Positions 41,424 through 51,530 of a stretch of 64,000 nucleotides of DNA are shown piece by piece. Position 1 is the stretch's first letter. Each line of letters begins with the position of its first letter. The translations under genes were made by a program, and so were the position numbers. Under the pieces are notes generated by a model, which worked only from the letters and a program-made list of their open reading frames with translations, was not told the DNA's origin and did no database searches. The stretch comes from Iphione sp. A-MEVVRFRX5 (Eukaryota): contig OZ320314.1 in NCBI GenBank assembly GCA_976226885.1, positions 50,964,001 through 51,028,000 on the forward strand. Reading direction: 5' to 3'.

Positions 41424-41564
41424 TAAGTGAGATACATAATCTCGTGTGTGGTTGTATGCAAAAAAAGCCATGGCAGGGCTACACACTCGGCTGCGCCTCG
41501 TGCTAATCCCTGCCGTGGTTTTATTTCACATACAGCCACACACTCGTTATGTATCTATCACTTA
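41424..41564. repeat. ~140-bp foldback palindrome (MITE-like)
   Basis: gatacataa..tgtgtggttgtatg..gccatggcaggg is mirrored by ccctgccgtggt..catacagccacaca..ttatgtatc. Confidence 0.75.
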
Positions 41565-41773
41565 GACTGTATATTAGATATATCACACATGCAGGAAGTG
41601 GGGTACATGACAGTTAATGGAATACAGTGGTGACCTTGGCTGCAGTGAGTTACTAAGCGACATGCTGTTGATAAATAATATATCCAAATAAATATACTAT
41701 TTATTGTTGTACATATTAGATATATCACAGATGCAGGAAGTGGGGCTACAATCAGCAAAGCCTCCAAACCCAA

Positions 41774-42655
41774 CTAATGAAAAACAGTAGAATTAGTATC
41801 CAACATCTCCTTCAGGTCAACTTCCAAATAACCAAACACACAGTTGAAGCTCCAAATACTACGGTGCTTGATTTCCCTCAACGAAGCACATTCTACGTCT
41901 AACAGGTTGCCCCACCCCTTCTGACAGAATGACGTGTGACACCTTCCAGGCCAACACTAGCATAAACACCTACTAATCTATCAAGGAACACATAGTCAAG
42001 CCTAACACATTTACCACAAGACTGATAACAAATCAACAAGTCATCATTTTGACTCGTACTGACAATTTTCCATGCTTTTAACTGGGTTACAATACGTAGC
42101 CTGCTATCCGAACAAAACCCAATAGGGATAACAGTTCTTCGATTTATCACAAAATGACTTGCCCCTGCTGAGGCTCAAAAACATACCTTGACTATTAAAC
42201 TCAGTATCCTCCCAACCCACCACTTTTAGTGGCATAAAGCTCTTTACGCAAGAGACAATGAAAGGCCATTATCATAGCGCACCAGATCATATGATCTAAA
42301 ACCTTCTTCTTCTTCTCAAAACAACTGTACAACAAGAGTAAGTGGTCCAGGCCTACTGCAAGCACCTTTATGGGAGTCTGTTATTATGGCGTTTGATCCC
42401 CCTCACTACTTCATCATACATTACATTACCCTCAACAGTGATAGGGTAACCTGCAACCCTAGCATAATACATTACAACTGACAAATGCATCTTGATCGAA
42501 GCAAAACACTTATCTCTGGCTAAGTATGTGAGATACTTACAAAACCTCAACACAGTGCAAGGGAAGGTAGCAAACCCAGCTGCCTCACAGAACTGCTAGT
42601 AGCACCTAAATTGACTCCTCCTTACTGTCCATGTGTTCCTTGCCACTGATTCCGC
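41774..42655 (-). pseudogene. Tyrosine recombinase remnant of the Ngaro element
   Basis: SVARNTW...QFCEAAGF...YLTYLARDKCFASIKMHLS; HSVRRGGAT (HxxR); IKHRSIWSFNCVFGYL (catalytic Tyr region); disrupted. Confidence 0.85.
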
Positions 42656-42656
42656 T

Positions 42657-43282
42657 CTAAGATTCTCCAAATAGACAACAAGATCTGCAAATAGACAACA
42701 ATTCCTGGCTGCAACAGTAGTTATACACCCACGTATTTTTAAGTAGTTCCTTCATCATAGATACATCATTCCGTCTTGACAGTGAGTCAGCACTGACATC
42801 TTTACTTCTGACATAATCGACAACAAAATAAATATTGTAGACACAACAGGTCCAAAATACTTCATCAAGCCACCTCATGCAGCTTAGATTAACACTGTGA
42901 GCAAACATCAACAGTACACTCATGTTGTCAGTGACTAGTTTCACCATTCTGTGCTCCAGATAAAGCCCCATGCGTTTTAAACCAACCACTACTGGTCATA
43001 ACTCTAGTACATTAATGTGAAAGTCATAGTAGTCTGGTGTAAGCCAAGACTCTATGTGGTCCTCAATGTGATCAGTACACCACGGTTCCTCTGACCACTT
43101 GTCTACGAACCAGTTATCACCATACCATCATACAAAGCCTGCAAGCAACGAGTCTGTCATGATGCATCCTGTTGGCAGCCTATCCTGGATAATCTTCTTT
43201 CGGTTATGAGCTTGTCATCTGGTAACCTCAGTCCCGTTTTCTCCACCAGTCCACCAGTATGCCTAAAGGTCTGTACACAGTA
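42657..43282 (-). pseudogene. RT C-terminus and RNase H remnant of the Ngaro element
   Basis: LGILVD...LRLPDDKL; VKLVTDNMSV...YVRSKDVSADSLSR. Confidence 0.82.
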
Positions 43283-44223
43283 CAGTAGAACCCCTCCACA
43301 ATGGACATCGAGGGGACTACAGCCAAAGCGTCCGTTGTCGGGTGTGTCTGCTGTGTCCATGCCCTCCACTTTTTCAATAGGGTTCAATAAGGATACAGTA
43401 ATAATAGAGCAATAATAATCGAAGTTTATGAATTCTTATAATTTTTATACATACATAAACATACATATATATCCTTTTTCAATATCGTTCAAAAATAATA
43501 ATAGATCAACAATAATCAAGGTTTATAAAAGTTTATGAATTTATGTATCTCCAGGGTGTCAGAATGAGGTCACGCCTCTGCCAGGTGTGGGGACTCATCA
43601 AAGGAGGGTCAGGAGCAGGTCCCCCTGGGTGTCAGGATGAGGTCGCACCTATCCTGGGTGTGGGGACTCATCCAAGGAGGGTCAGGAGCAGGTCCTCCAG
43701 GGTGTCGGGACAAGATCGCACCTATCCCGGGTGTGGGGACTCATCAAAGGAGGTTCGGAAGTGGCTCCTCCAGGGTGTCAGGATGAGGTCACGCCTCTCC
43801 CAGGTGTGGGGACTCATCAAAGGAGGGTCAGGAGCAGGTCCTCCAGGGTGTCAGGATGAGGTCGCACCTATCCTGGGTGTGGGGACTCATCCAAGGAGGG
43901 TCAGGAGCAGGTCCTCCAGGGTGTCGGGACAAGATCGTACCTATCCCGGGTGTGGGGACTCATCAAAGGAGGGTCGGGAATGGTTCCTCCAGGGTGTCAA
44001 AGTTGCTCTCCAGGGCTGGGCAGCTGCTGTAGACCTGTTAAAATCAGTGTTTGGGACTGTCCATGGACTGTCCAGAGGTGGATGTCTGCTCTCCCTGAGT
44101 GTCCTCTGTGCCCGGGCTGCTGTGAACATATTATCTACTTGTTTTTGTTTGGGACTGTCCTCCAGGCGTCCATTTTAGGGATCGTTCGCTCTGTCCGGGC
44201 ATCCGTTGTGAGGGTAGCCCCTG
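43283..44223. mobile_element. Non-autonomous TA-flanked DNA transposon (CAGTAGA terminus) inserted in the Ngaro RT
   Basis: TA at 43281-82 and 44224-25; left end CAGTAGAACCCCTCCACAATGG, right end (reverse complement) CAGGGCTACCCTCACAACGG; carries a 73-bp array. Confidence 0.8.
43549..43998. repeat. 73-bp tandem array, 6 units arranged as a 219-bp trimer x2
   Basis: Exact 73-bp spacing; diagnostic variants show units 1,2,3 resemble units 4,5,6. Confidence 0.92.
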
Positions 44224-44234
44224 TACTAGGAGTA

Positions 44235-44801
44235 CCGTTGGCCCCCCCTAACCGGAGGGGTATGGGAATGCGAAAAATTGTCTGGATGGGAGGGGCTCCG
44301 GAGTGGCGACCCAAGCACCATGCGTCTCCTGGTGGGGAAAACTGTCATAATGGTAAAGTATGGATAATCGATATTTATGAAGATTGTGGCATATTCCATG
44401 GAGAAAGTGTCAAAAACGGCAAATTTCAAGGAGAATGTGACAAGAAACGGCAAAATTCATGGAGATTGAGGCATATTCCATGGAGAAAATGTCAAAAAAC
44501 TTCAAATTTCTTTTTTCTCTGCGCTCTGTTGTCTCTTCCTTTAGGAGGGTCTGGCCTGCATATTGCTCTTGCATAATCGTTTCGTGCATCCCTGACATTT
44601 TCTTTGTTCTCTCTAGAACGGTTTAATGGCCATATTTCCTATGTTAAATGCTCAAAGATGTAGCTAAAATTCGTCCATATACGGAAAGGAGTTCTCCGGT
44701 TAAATAGTACAATTTATACAGAGAATCAATTGGTTATTTAAAATCGGTCCGGTTAGGACAATATTCCGGAAACAACGGGTCCGGTAGGGGGGGGCCGACG
44801 G
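44235..44801 (+). mobile_element. Non-autonomous TIR element, family F1 copy 1 (567 bp)
   Basis: TIRs CCGTTGGCCCCCCCTAACCGGA / reverse complement CCGTCGGCCCCCCCCTACCGGA; TA on both sides; internal 82-bp repeat. Confidence 0.88.
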
Positions 44802-45490
44802 TAGTGACTTTACTACATACCACACTGAACCCTAGCCTTCGGACCAACTCTATCCGTTTTTGACCCATACCACTACAATGGTGCTAGCTATCACAAATTA
44901 TAATAAAATCGTCAAAGACACGTTGAAATTCCTTGCTAGTTAGCTTTGAGAGTCTAGAAAAATATAAGAGGTGCACTTCAGCCCAAAACAATGGGTATTA
45001 TTAATGAAAAATCTTCTGATTCCACACACTTCCAAGGCAAATTTCTGGTATTCCCTGTAGTCAGGAAAGACGTGAACCCTGCGGTACGCATTTTTCAAAT
45101 CAAATACCAGCATAAAGCCACCCCCTGTTAGCTGGCAATCAACATCATCTACCGAGTTGTAATGAAAAGTACTGTGCACTGTGCTCATAAAATTATTGAT
45201 GCCCCCATGAAATGGCATGGAACAATCGGTAATGGGGCCGAGTGATCTGTCCGACTTAGCCACTCCCCCTAGGGAATTGATACATTTAGGCTTGTAACAA
45301 ACCTCTTCAATGAACCCAGGCTCCAGCTCAGCTTCAATCTTCCTAGCATTTCTGCCTTGTAAGCTTGGGTTAAAATAGAGTTATAATTCTGACAGTCATA
45401 ACTTGTGTTACATTCATCATCAATGATATGAAAACCTTCTGTTAACCCAGAACACAGAAGAATTTTGTCACTTTCAGGCATAACACACAT
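44802..45490 (-). pseudogene. Reverse transcriptase N-terminal remnant of the Ngaro element
   Basis: LLCSGLTEGFHII; GPITDCSMPFHGGINNF...FDLKNAYRRV...CFGLKCTSYIF; VFDDFII (YxDD-like); LGFSVVCSKV. Confidence 0.85.
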
Positions 45491-45916
45491 ACATATTGGG
45501 TACGCCTAACAACATAGCAACAGGCAAAAACCCACATTCCTAACCTTGTAGCTATACTTGCATCAACCAGCAACACATTCCTCAAGTATATGATGGCACC
45601 ACTTTCACCTACAGCACTGTCCACCATGAAGGCTTTAAGGAAGGATTTCTTAAAATTACTCACGAGTAAGGGTACCGTCCTTGTAGTCTCCCATGTCCAT
45701 TACGTCAGCCTTGTTGCTAACGTCTTCATGGCAACCACATTCAGAAGAGACTAGATCATTTTCCTGCAAAACACCACTCTCATTGATATATAAACCTATC
45801 TTCTAGCTCCACTACAATTTCATCCACTTGAGGTTTAGATCTAGCCTCTTCATACCGTCACTGTGATTTTGACGCTCCTTTCATCTTCAGGGCCTTGTCG
45901 CCTTCTGCCATTTTAC

Positions 45917-46474
45917 TCATGAAGCAATCATTAGCCCGATATCCGCTAGTGTTGCAGCTAATGCAAGCATGTTGGTAGATGCATGATGTGTCCATACAGT
46001 CCCCCAGATTGTAATATAACACACCTTGTCCTGCCTCTTGTTCCTCTTGCTTTGTTTGGCCTTCGACATCGCAATAGTAACATCAACTCCAATGTGTTTG
46101 TAGATCAATTCAGTGTCACCATAGTAGAACTGATCTATTCCTTCATTAGACAACTTTTTCCTCATATCCTTGTCGTAGCTGAAAAGTGCCTTTAAGTTGT
46201 GCACTCTAGTTGATGTCTTCACCACCAGGACCTGAAGATGGTCCATCTATTTCTTTACATTCTTACCTTTCTTGACCAGATTTTTCATCAAACCGAGGGA
46301 GCCCACCATCAACTGTTCAAAGGACTGCACAGTTTCACCGTCAGCAAACCTTAAGATGTCAAACCTCCTTTGATGCTTACCATCCTTCTTCTTTTCTCTC
46401 CTCTTCCTCCTCTTCTCTAACTTCTCCACATCTGAGTTGGATCCAGGGTCAGCTAATTCGTCGTCAGTACTCAA
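45917..46474 (-). pseudogene. gag-like ORF remnant of the Ngaro element
   Basis: Two in-frame ORFs split by one TAG (KK*MDHL...LFSYDKDMRKK...FYYGDTELIYKH); a frameshifted tail gives YNLGDCMDTSCIYQHACISC, a Cys/His zinc-finger-like motif. Confidence 0.7.
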
Positions 46475-46831
46475 GGATTCATCTGACCAAAATCACCTCC
46501 CCTCATTGTGGCCACCACTAGAGGTTACAGAGTTCACCAGTACCTCAATGAGGCTCTCCATTCATGACAGCCTGGCATCGAAATAATCCTTCTTTTCAGG
46601 TAAACTGCCATCTGACCCATCCTTGGCAACTTGTTCTCCTTCAGTACAGTTTTTCTCAACCAGTGGAGGTTGGTTTACACAACATTTCTAAAGCGCTATC
46701 CCCAAGTTTGTGAATTCCTCACACGCAACTAGTGGTGTGGTGCGTGCTACCTGGACCTCCCCACAGCAGGTGGCAGGGTCTAACCCCATGTATGTGGGTT
46801 ATATGCACTGCCTGTTTTGGCATATTTCAGG

Positions 46832-47027
46832 CACATTTGCCTGAATTTTGCTTTTTTTTCAGCCAATTTGTCTGTTTTGCCATTTTTTGGCCAATTTGCT
46901 TCAGTTTTTGCCATTTTTCAGCCAAATTTGCCTCAGTTTTGCCATTTTTCGGCCAATTTGCCTCAGTTTTTGCTGTTTTTTGGCCAAATTTGCCTGAATT
47001 TTGCCATTTTTTGGCCAATTTGCCTGA
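46832..47027. repeat. ~31-bp tandem array, ~6 copies
   Basis: ccaa(a)tttg recurs at 46863, 46891, 46922, 46953, 46984 and 47015. Confidence 0.88.
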
Positions 47028-47593
47028 GTGACACCTTTTCCCACTGTTTTCTGGCTGTGTTTGCCTGATATTTGCCTTCTTTCATGCCCATTTGCCTGGT
47101 TTTGTGCTTATTTCCAGCATGCAAGAGCGTGGCGGGGTCCGGGCTTCCCAGACAAGGATGGATCATCCTACCCGCAGCAGGTGGCATGTCCAGACTGTCC
47201 ACGTGCATGGGAATAGTTGTATTTTAACTGCTTGGACCAGACCTCCCGCTCTCCATGCACAGAGTGGTGGATCCGGAAGGTTTGCATACTTGAGGATAGC
47301 ACTTTAGAGTATTTGCCCATGATCACCACAATACTGTAACACATCCTACTCAGCAAAATTTTCAATTGAGTATGACAGTTAATGGAATACAGCGACATCA
47401 TGGATGGTGACCTTTGCTGCAGTGAGTTACTAAGTGAAATGCTAGTTATACATAATATATCCAAATCAATATACTATTTATTGTTGTAAATATATATGTC
47501 TAAATATATGACTAAAAGTATGACATTATATGAATACTTACATTTCTAATATATGGCTAATCATATGGGCATATCAAGGCTACATGACTGATT

Positions 47594-47738
47594 AGCTGAT
47601 TGCTAAAGGTTAAAAAACGGGTACTGCTGACGTCATAATGGGAATAGACCAGTCAAATTGGTTAAAATTTTGACAATGTCACGATTTGGTAAAAGCATAT
47701 CGGCAGTATCCATTACTTCAACCACTGGCAAAGAGTCC
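47594..47738. mobile_element. ~145-bp mini-element, copy 1
   Basis: ATT on both sides; interrupts a repeat whose uninterrupted copy is at 39884-40066; core similar to 57283-57450. Confidence 0.6.
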
Positions 47739-47939
47739 ATTACATGACTACATCAAGGCTATGTCATTAATTACATCAATACATTAAGACTGTCACTAAT
47801 TTCATAACTACATCAAGGCCATATGTCACAAATTCCTGTCAAGATTCTCTCTTCTAAGCTACACAAGATATTCCAAACAATATTTGTGATGAAAACTCAG
47901 CGATATAATCCGGTATCGTTTCTTGAGGAATCAAGATCT

Positions 47940-49411
47940 TAGTAAAAGATAATACAGGAGAAACTTACTTTGCAACCACCAGTTGGGTTGGCCCAAAATG
48001 GTTGTACAGTAGACTCCCTCGATTCCGGACACCCTTCGTTCTGCGTCAAATCGTCCGCATTTGAGACGCGTCCGCATTGGAGACGCGGCCAACCAACAGA
48101 CAAGGGGTCAAACTAGAAAATGAAATCCCTTTCTCCCTCTCTCTCTAACCAGTTCAGGTCCAAAAAGTACTGAATTTGACCAGTAAAAGTCCTAAAAGTC
48201 CTGAATTTGACCAGTAAAAGTCCTAAAAGTACTGAATTTGACCAGTAAAAGTCCTAAAAGTCCTGAATTTGACCAATTTAAGTCCTAAAAGTACTGAATT
48301 TGACCAGTAAAAGTAAAAAAGTACTGACAACTGGAGCCTTCTTGGAGCCTCCCTGGAGCCCCAAATTCGCGCGACAACACCTCGTCCACAGGGGTTATTC
48401 ATATCTACCTTTGAAAATCACTCCTGGAGCCTCTCTAGGGCCCCAAATTCGTGCGACAACACCTCGTCCACAGGGGTTATTCATATAGATACCTTTGAAA
48501 ATGACTCCTGGAGCCTCTCTAGGGCCCCAAATTCGCGCGACAACACCTCGTCCACAGGGGTTATTCATATAGATACCTTTGAAATCACTCCTGGAGCCTC
48601 TCTAGGGCCCCAAATTCGCACAACACCTGCCGTCCGCAGGGAGGCGTCCCCCTCTTTTTATCGTCCGCATTGGAGACGTCAGCTCATAATGCTTAACAAT
48701 AGGAAAAGAGTTGGTTCTGCGTCAAATCGTCCGCATTTGAGACGCGTCCGCATTGGAGACGCGTCCGCGGGGAGGGAGTGGCCTGTAATAGCGAATATGG
48801 TCGCAAAGCAATAATTTGACCCCCCCCTCTCCCTCTACTTACATGTGGATTCTCTCTGAAACATCCAAAAAGTGCAGAATTTGATGACTTTAAGTCCAAA
48901 AAGTGCTGAATTTGATGCCTAAATGTCCAAAAAGTGCTGAATTTGATGACTAAATGTCCAAAAAGTGCTGAATTTGATGACTAAAAGTGACTCAAAGAGG
49001 GTGAGGGACATCAGAGAGGTTGCGGTTGACACCCCCTACCTCTCCCACCACCCTTACCAGGGTGTAAGGAGCATCAGAGAAGTAGCGGTTGACACCCCCT
49101 ACCTCTCCCACCACCCTCTCCAAGGTGAGAGAATATCAAAGAAGTCGCAGTTCATGCCTGTGACCGTCCCGACTGACCCTCTCCAAGCTGGGCGGTTGCA
49201 AAGTAATAGTAAAATATACCAAAAATGACCCTAGGAGGTGTGGTCGGAGGCTGAAAATGGTCGTAAAGCAATATGGTCGCAAAGCAATAATCACTCATAT
49301 AGGAGAAGTATTAAAATTACTTCCGTTCCGACCCAAAATGGTCGGAATGGTCATTTTGGCCATAAAGCAATATGGTTGCAAAGTAAGGTTCTCCTGTATC
49401 CTCTTTTCCTA
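47940..49411. mobile_element. Non-autonomous TIR element with TAG termini (~1.47 kb including a nested insert)
   Basis: Left tagtaaaagataatacaggagaaacttactttgcaacc versus reverse complement of right taggaaaagaggatacaggagaaccttactttgcaacc; TSD not clear; carries 31-bp (48864-48990) and 63-bp (49001-49130) repeats. Confidence 0.7.
48007..48785. mobile_element. Non-autonomous TA-flanked DNA transposon nested in the previous element
   Basis: TA at 48005-06 and 48786-87; ends CAGTAGACTCCCTC / reverse complement CAGGCCACTCCCTC; 50-bp direct repeat at 48038-48087 and 48714-48763; internal 31-bp (48163-48325) and ~84-bp (48345-48630) arrays. Confidence 0.78.
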
Positions 49412-49655
49412 TTTGCCCTAATCCGAGTCTCAGTATTTATGACTATCACCCTAACTTCATAATGCTGTTTGTACCATATTTATTTCTATGAAATTATGTT
49501 GTTTTTTTACACTTTGAACCGTATACATTTACCAGTAATATGAATTACCCATTTTCTTGGCTTCTCAGTACAATTTGTTCCTTACCCTGATCACATTTAG
49601 AATCACCTCATTCAGCCATGGAGTTTTATTGGAAGCTCTATTGCATACATACATA

Positions 49656-49830
49656 CAGTAGAAACTCCATTTGCACCCACTTCTATTTATGATCATTCTT
49701 GCTAATACACATGAGGTGGGACCCAAAGTCTTGATTCTTTATATTATCAATAACTGATTTGCAACCATTCTAACTATTATGACTATTTTTAATGGGAACC
49801 AACGGATTGTCTCAAATAGAGGTTCCACTG
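49656..49830. mobile_element. 175-bp Tc1/mariner-type MITE
   Basis: TA|CAGTAGAAACTCCATTTG ... CAAATAGAGGTTCCACTG|TA. Confidence 0.75.
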
Positions 49831-50663
49831 TATATAGCCAGTCTAGTGCAGTTATATTCATTTGCAATTATAAAAATTCAAAAATATGTTGTTTATTCCA
49901 TCGTAAACATACTTATCAAAGTGCACATAGATAGAGTAGAACCTCAGAATGGGGCCACCCCAGAACAAGGGCCATCTGTTAAATTGGGACAGATTTTGCT
50001 GGTATCAAGCCTTTACACATAAAATGCCATGAGTTTCGCTTGGTCTGCTGCCTGTGCCAGATATGACCGGCTTGGAGCCTGACACAAAGCAGACATAGTG
50101 TCAGTACAGTGACACATGTAAAACCACAGTTGTATCCATGTGCAACTGGCGATGTGGCACAATGATGATGCAACAATGCAACACTGGCAAAGGTAGTCTC
50201 ATCCTCTGAAAAGTTGGATTGGCATATTTTAAAAAAGAAACACTGTTCAGTGTGGGTACAAATGCATACAACATACTGCAGTACTCTTTTGATAGGTCAG
50301 ACAGAAGTTATGCCCACTGCTCAGGGCCTGCTGTCAGTACTTAAAAATACTCGACCTACCCTGAGCCAGACTCAAAGCAAGCCAAGCAGGAAACTAGGCC
50401 ACTAGGTTCGGAATGGGTAAGTACATAAGGCATCATAATTGCCGGCTGGTCGAAGTTCATCACTATTTTTCGGTTTCAACTCAACAACATTGTGTCATAT
50501 TACAAAGACAGTCTCCCATGGGCAACAAACCCAGGGCACCTTATACACGTACAGTTTTTCTGTGTGCCAAACAAGAGTATATACAGCCTGATTTACTTCA
50601 TCTTACACCACACAACGATAAGTATCTACCTTAACGAAGTCACACTTCAATGACATTACGACA

Positions 50664-51530
50664 ATGGGGCAGACCTGGACTAGCTTCATCATTGGAGACC
50701 TTGAGGACTGAGCTCATTCTTGGGAGGAGATATGCGACTGTTACATGAGACTGCTTGTGACCGATGCTGCCTACTCGGCCATCATGCGTAAGGGCATCCT
50801 TTCCTTCCTGCGGCTGTGGATGGAGGAGATGGAGAAACCGCAGGAAGTATGCCAAGCGGTTGATGACCCTAGCTTGGTATGACTCCGGAAGTGTCACTGA
50901 CGGTGGCGGTACCTGCCGGTGGTTCCATCACTGCCAGCTGGACTTTGAGATGGACATGATCTATCAAGTAGGTATAATCAGCAGTGCCCAGCAGGATGCC
51001 ATCTTGGTCTTCATGACAGACAAACCCGGCTACATCCAGGTGAGGAAGCAGCCCGAGACCTACCTTTCACTGCACCCGCTCTTACGCAGGGACCATCCTG
51101 AGCTGAGAGAAGAATTCCACATGGAGTGACTCAGGGAGCAGTTCCTCAATACGCTAGACATGCAGAAATGTGTTGCCGAAGTATTCCTGCATCGAGACCA
51201 GGATTGTGAGATCGACAGACTTAGTGCCGTGCTGATCAAGGTGAATGAGTCAGAGCTGCAGATCTTCATGAGTGAACTCATCAAAGGTCCCTCGTGCATG
51301 ACAGAACTTGTGGTGTCTCTTAAGAATGACCCCAAGATTCTGTGTTCCTGTGATAGCATGTTGGTCTTCAAGCTTGAGCGATGGCTTCTGCTGCTGGACC
51401 AGTGGCTCCATCATGAGGGAAGACACTGGCCATCAGATGCAATGATTACAAAGTGTTACGAAGAGTGCTGTCATATTGTGGCAAAGAAATCTCCCAACGA
51501 AACAGTGATCGATTGCCAGTGCCAGTCATA
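50664..51530 (+). pseudogene. Disrupted intronless ORF (~288 codons), possible tandem CARD/death-fold domains
   Basis: ATG at 50664 (MGQTWTSF); in-frame TGA at 50709, 50880, 50898 and 51127; one apparent frameshift near 50915-50935; coding-like codon usage; CARD resemblance judged by eye only. Confidence 0.45.

Larger units (their letters stand above)
41571..47488 (-). mobile_element. Decayed Ngaro-type (DIRS order) tyrosine-recombinase retrotransposon with split direct repeats
   Basis: Minus-strand order gag-RT-RNase H-YR; repeat A at 47372-47488 and 41607-41711; repeat B at 41713-41745 and 41571-41603, giving A1-ORFs-B1-A2-B2; many stops and frameshifts. Confidence 0.9.

Noticed and set aside
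43543-44178. 211-aa ORF with a 73-aa internal repeat
   Set aside because: By-product of the 3 x 73-bp higher-order repeat inside a non-autonomous element
40697-48630. Regular repeat arrays as possible CRISPR-like structures
   Set aside because: Units are head-to-tail without unique spacers, the context is eukaryotic and there are no cas genes
50664-51530. Selenocysteine or TGA-readthrough interpretation of the four TGA codons
   Set aside because: The ORF also needs a frameshift, the contexts fit Arg, and I saw no SECIS-like element; CpG decay is more parsimonious
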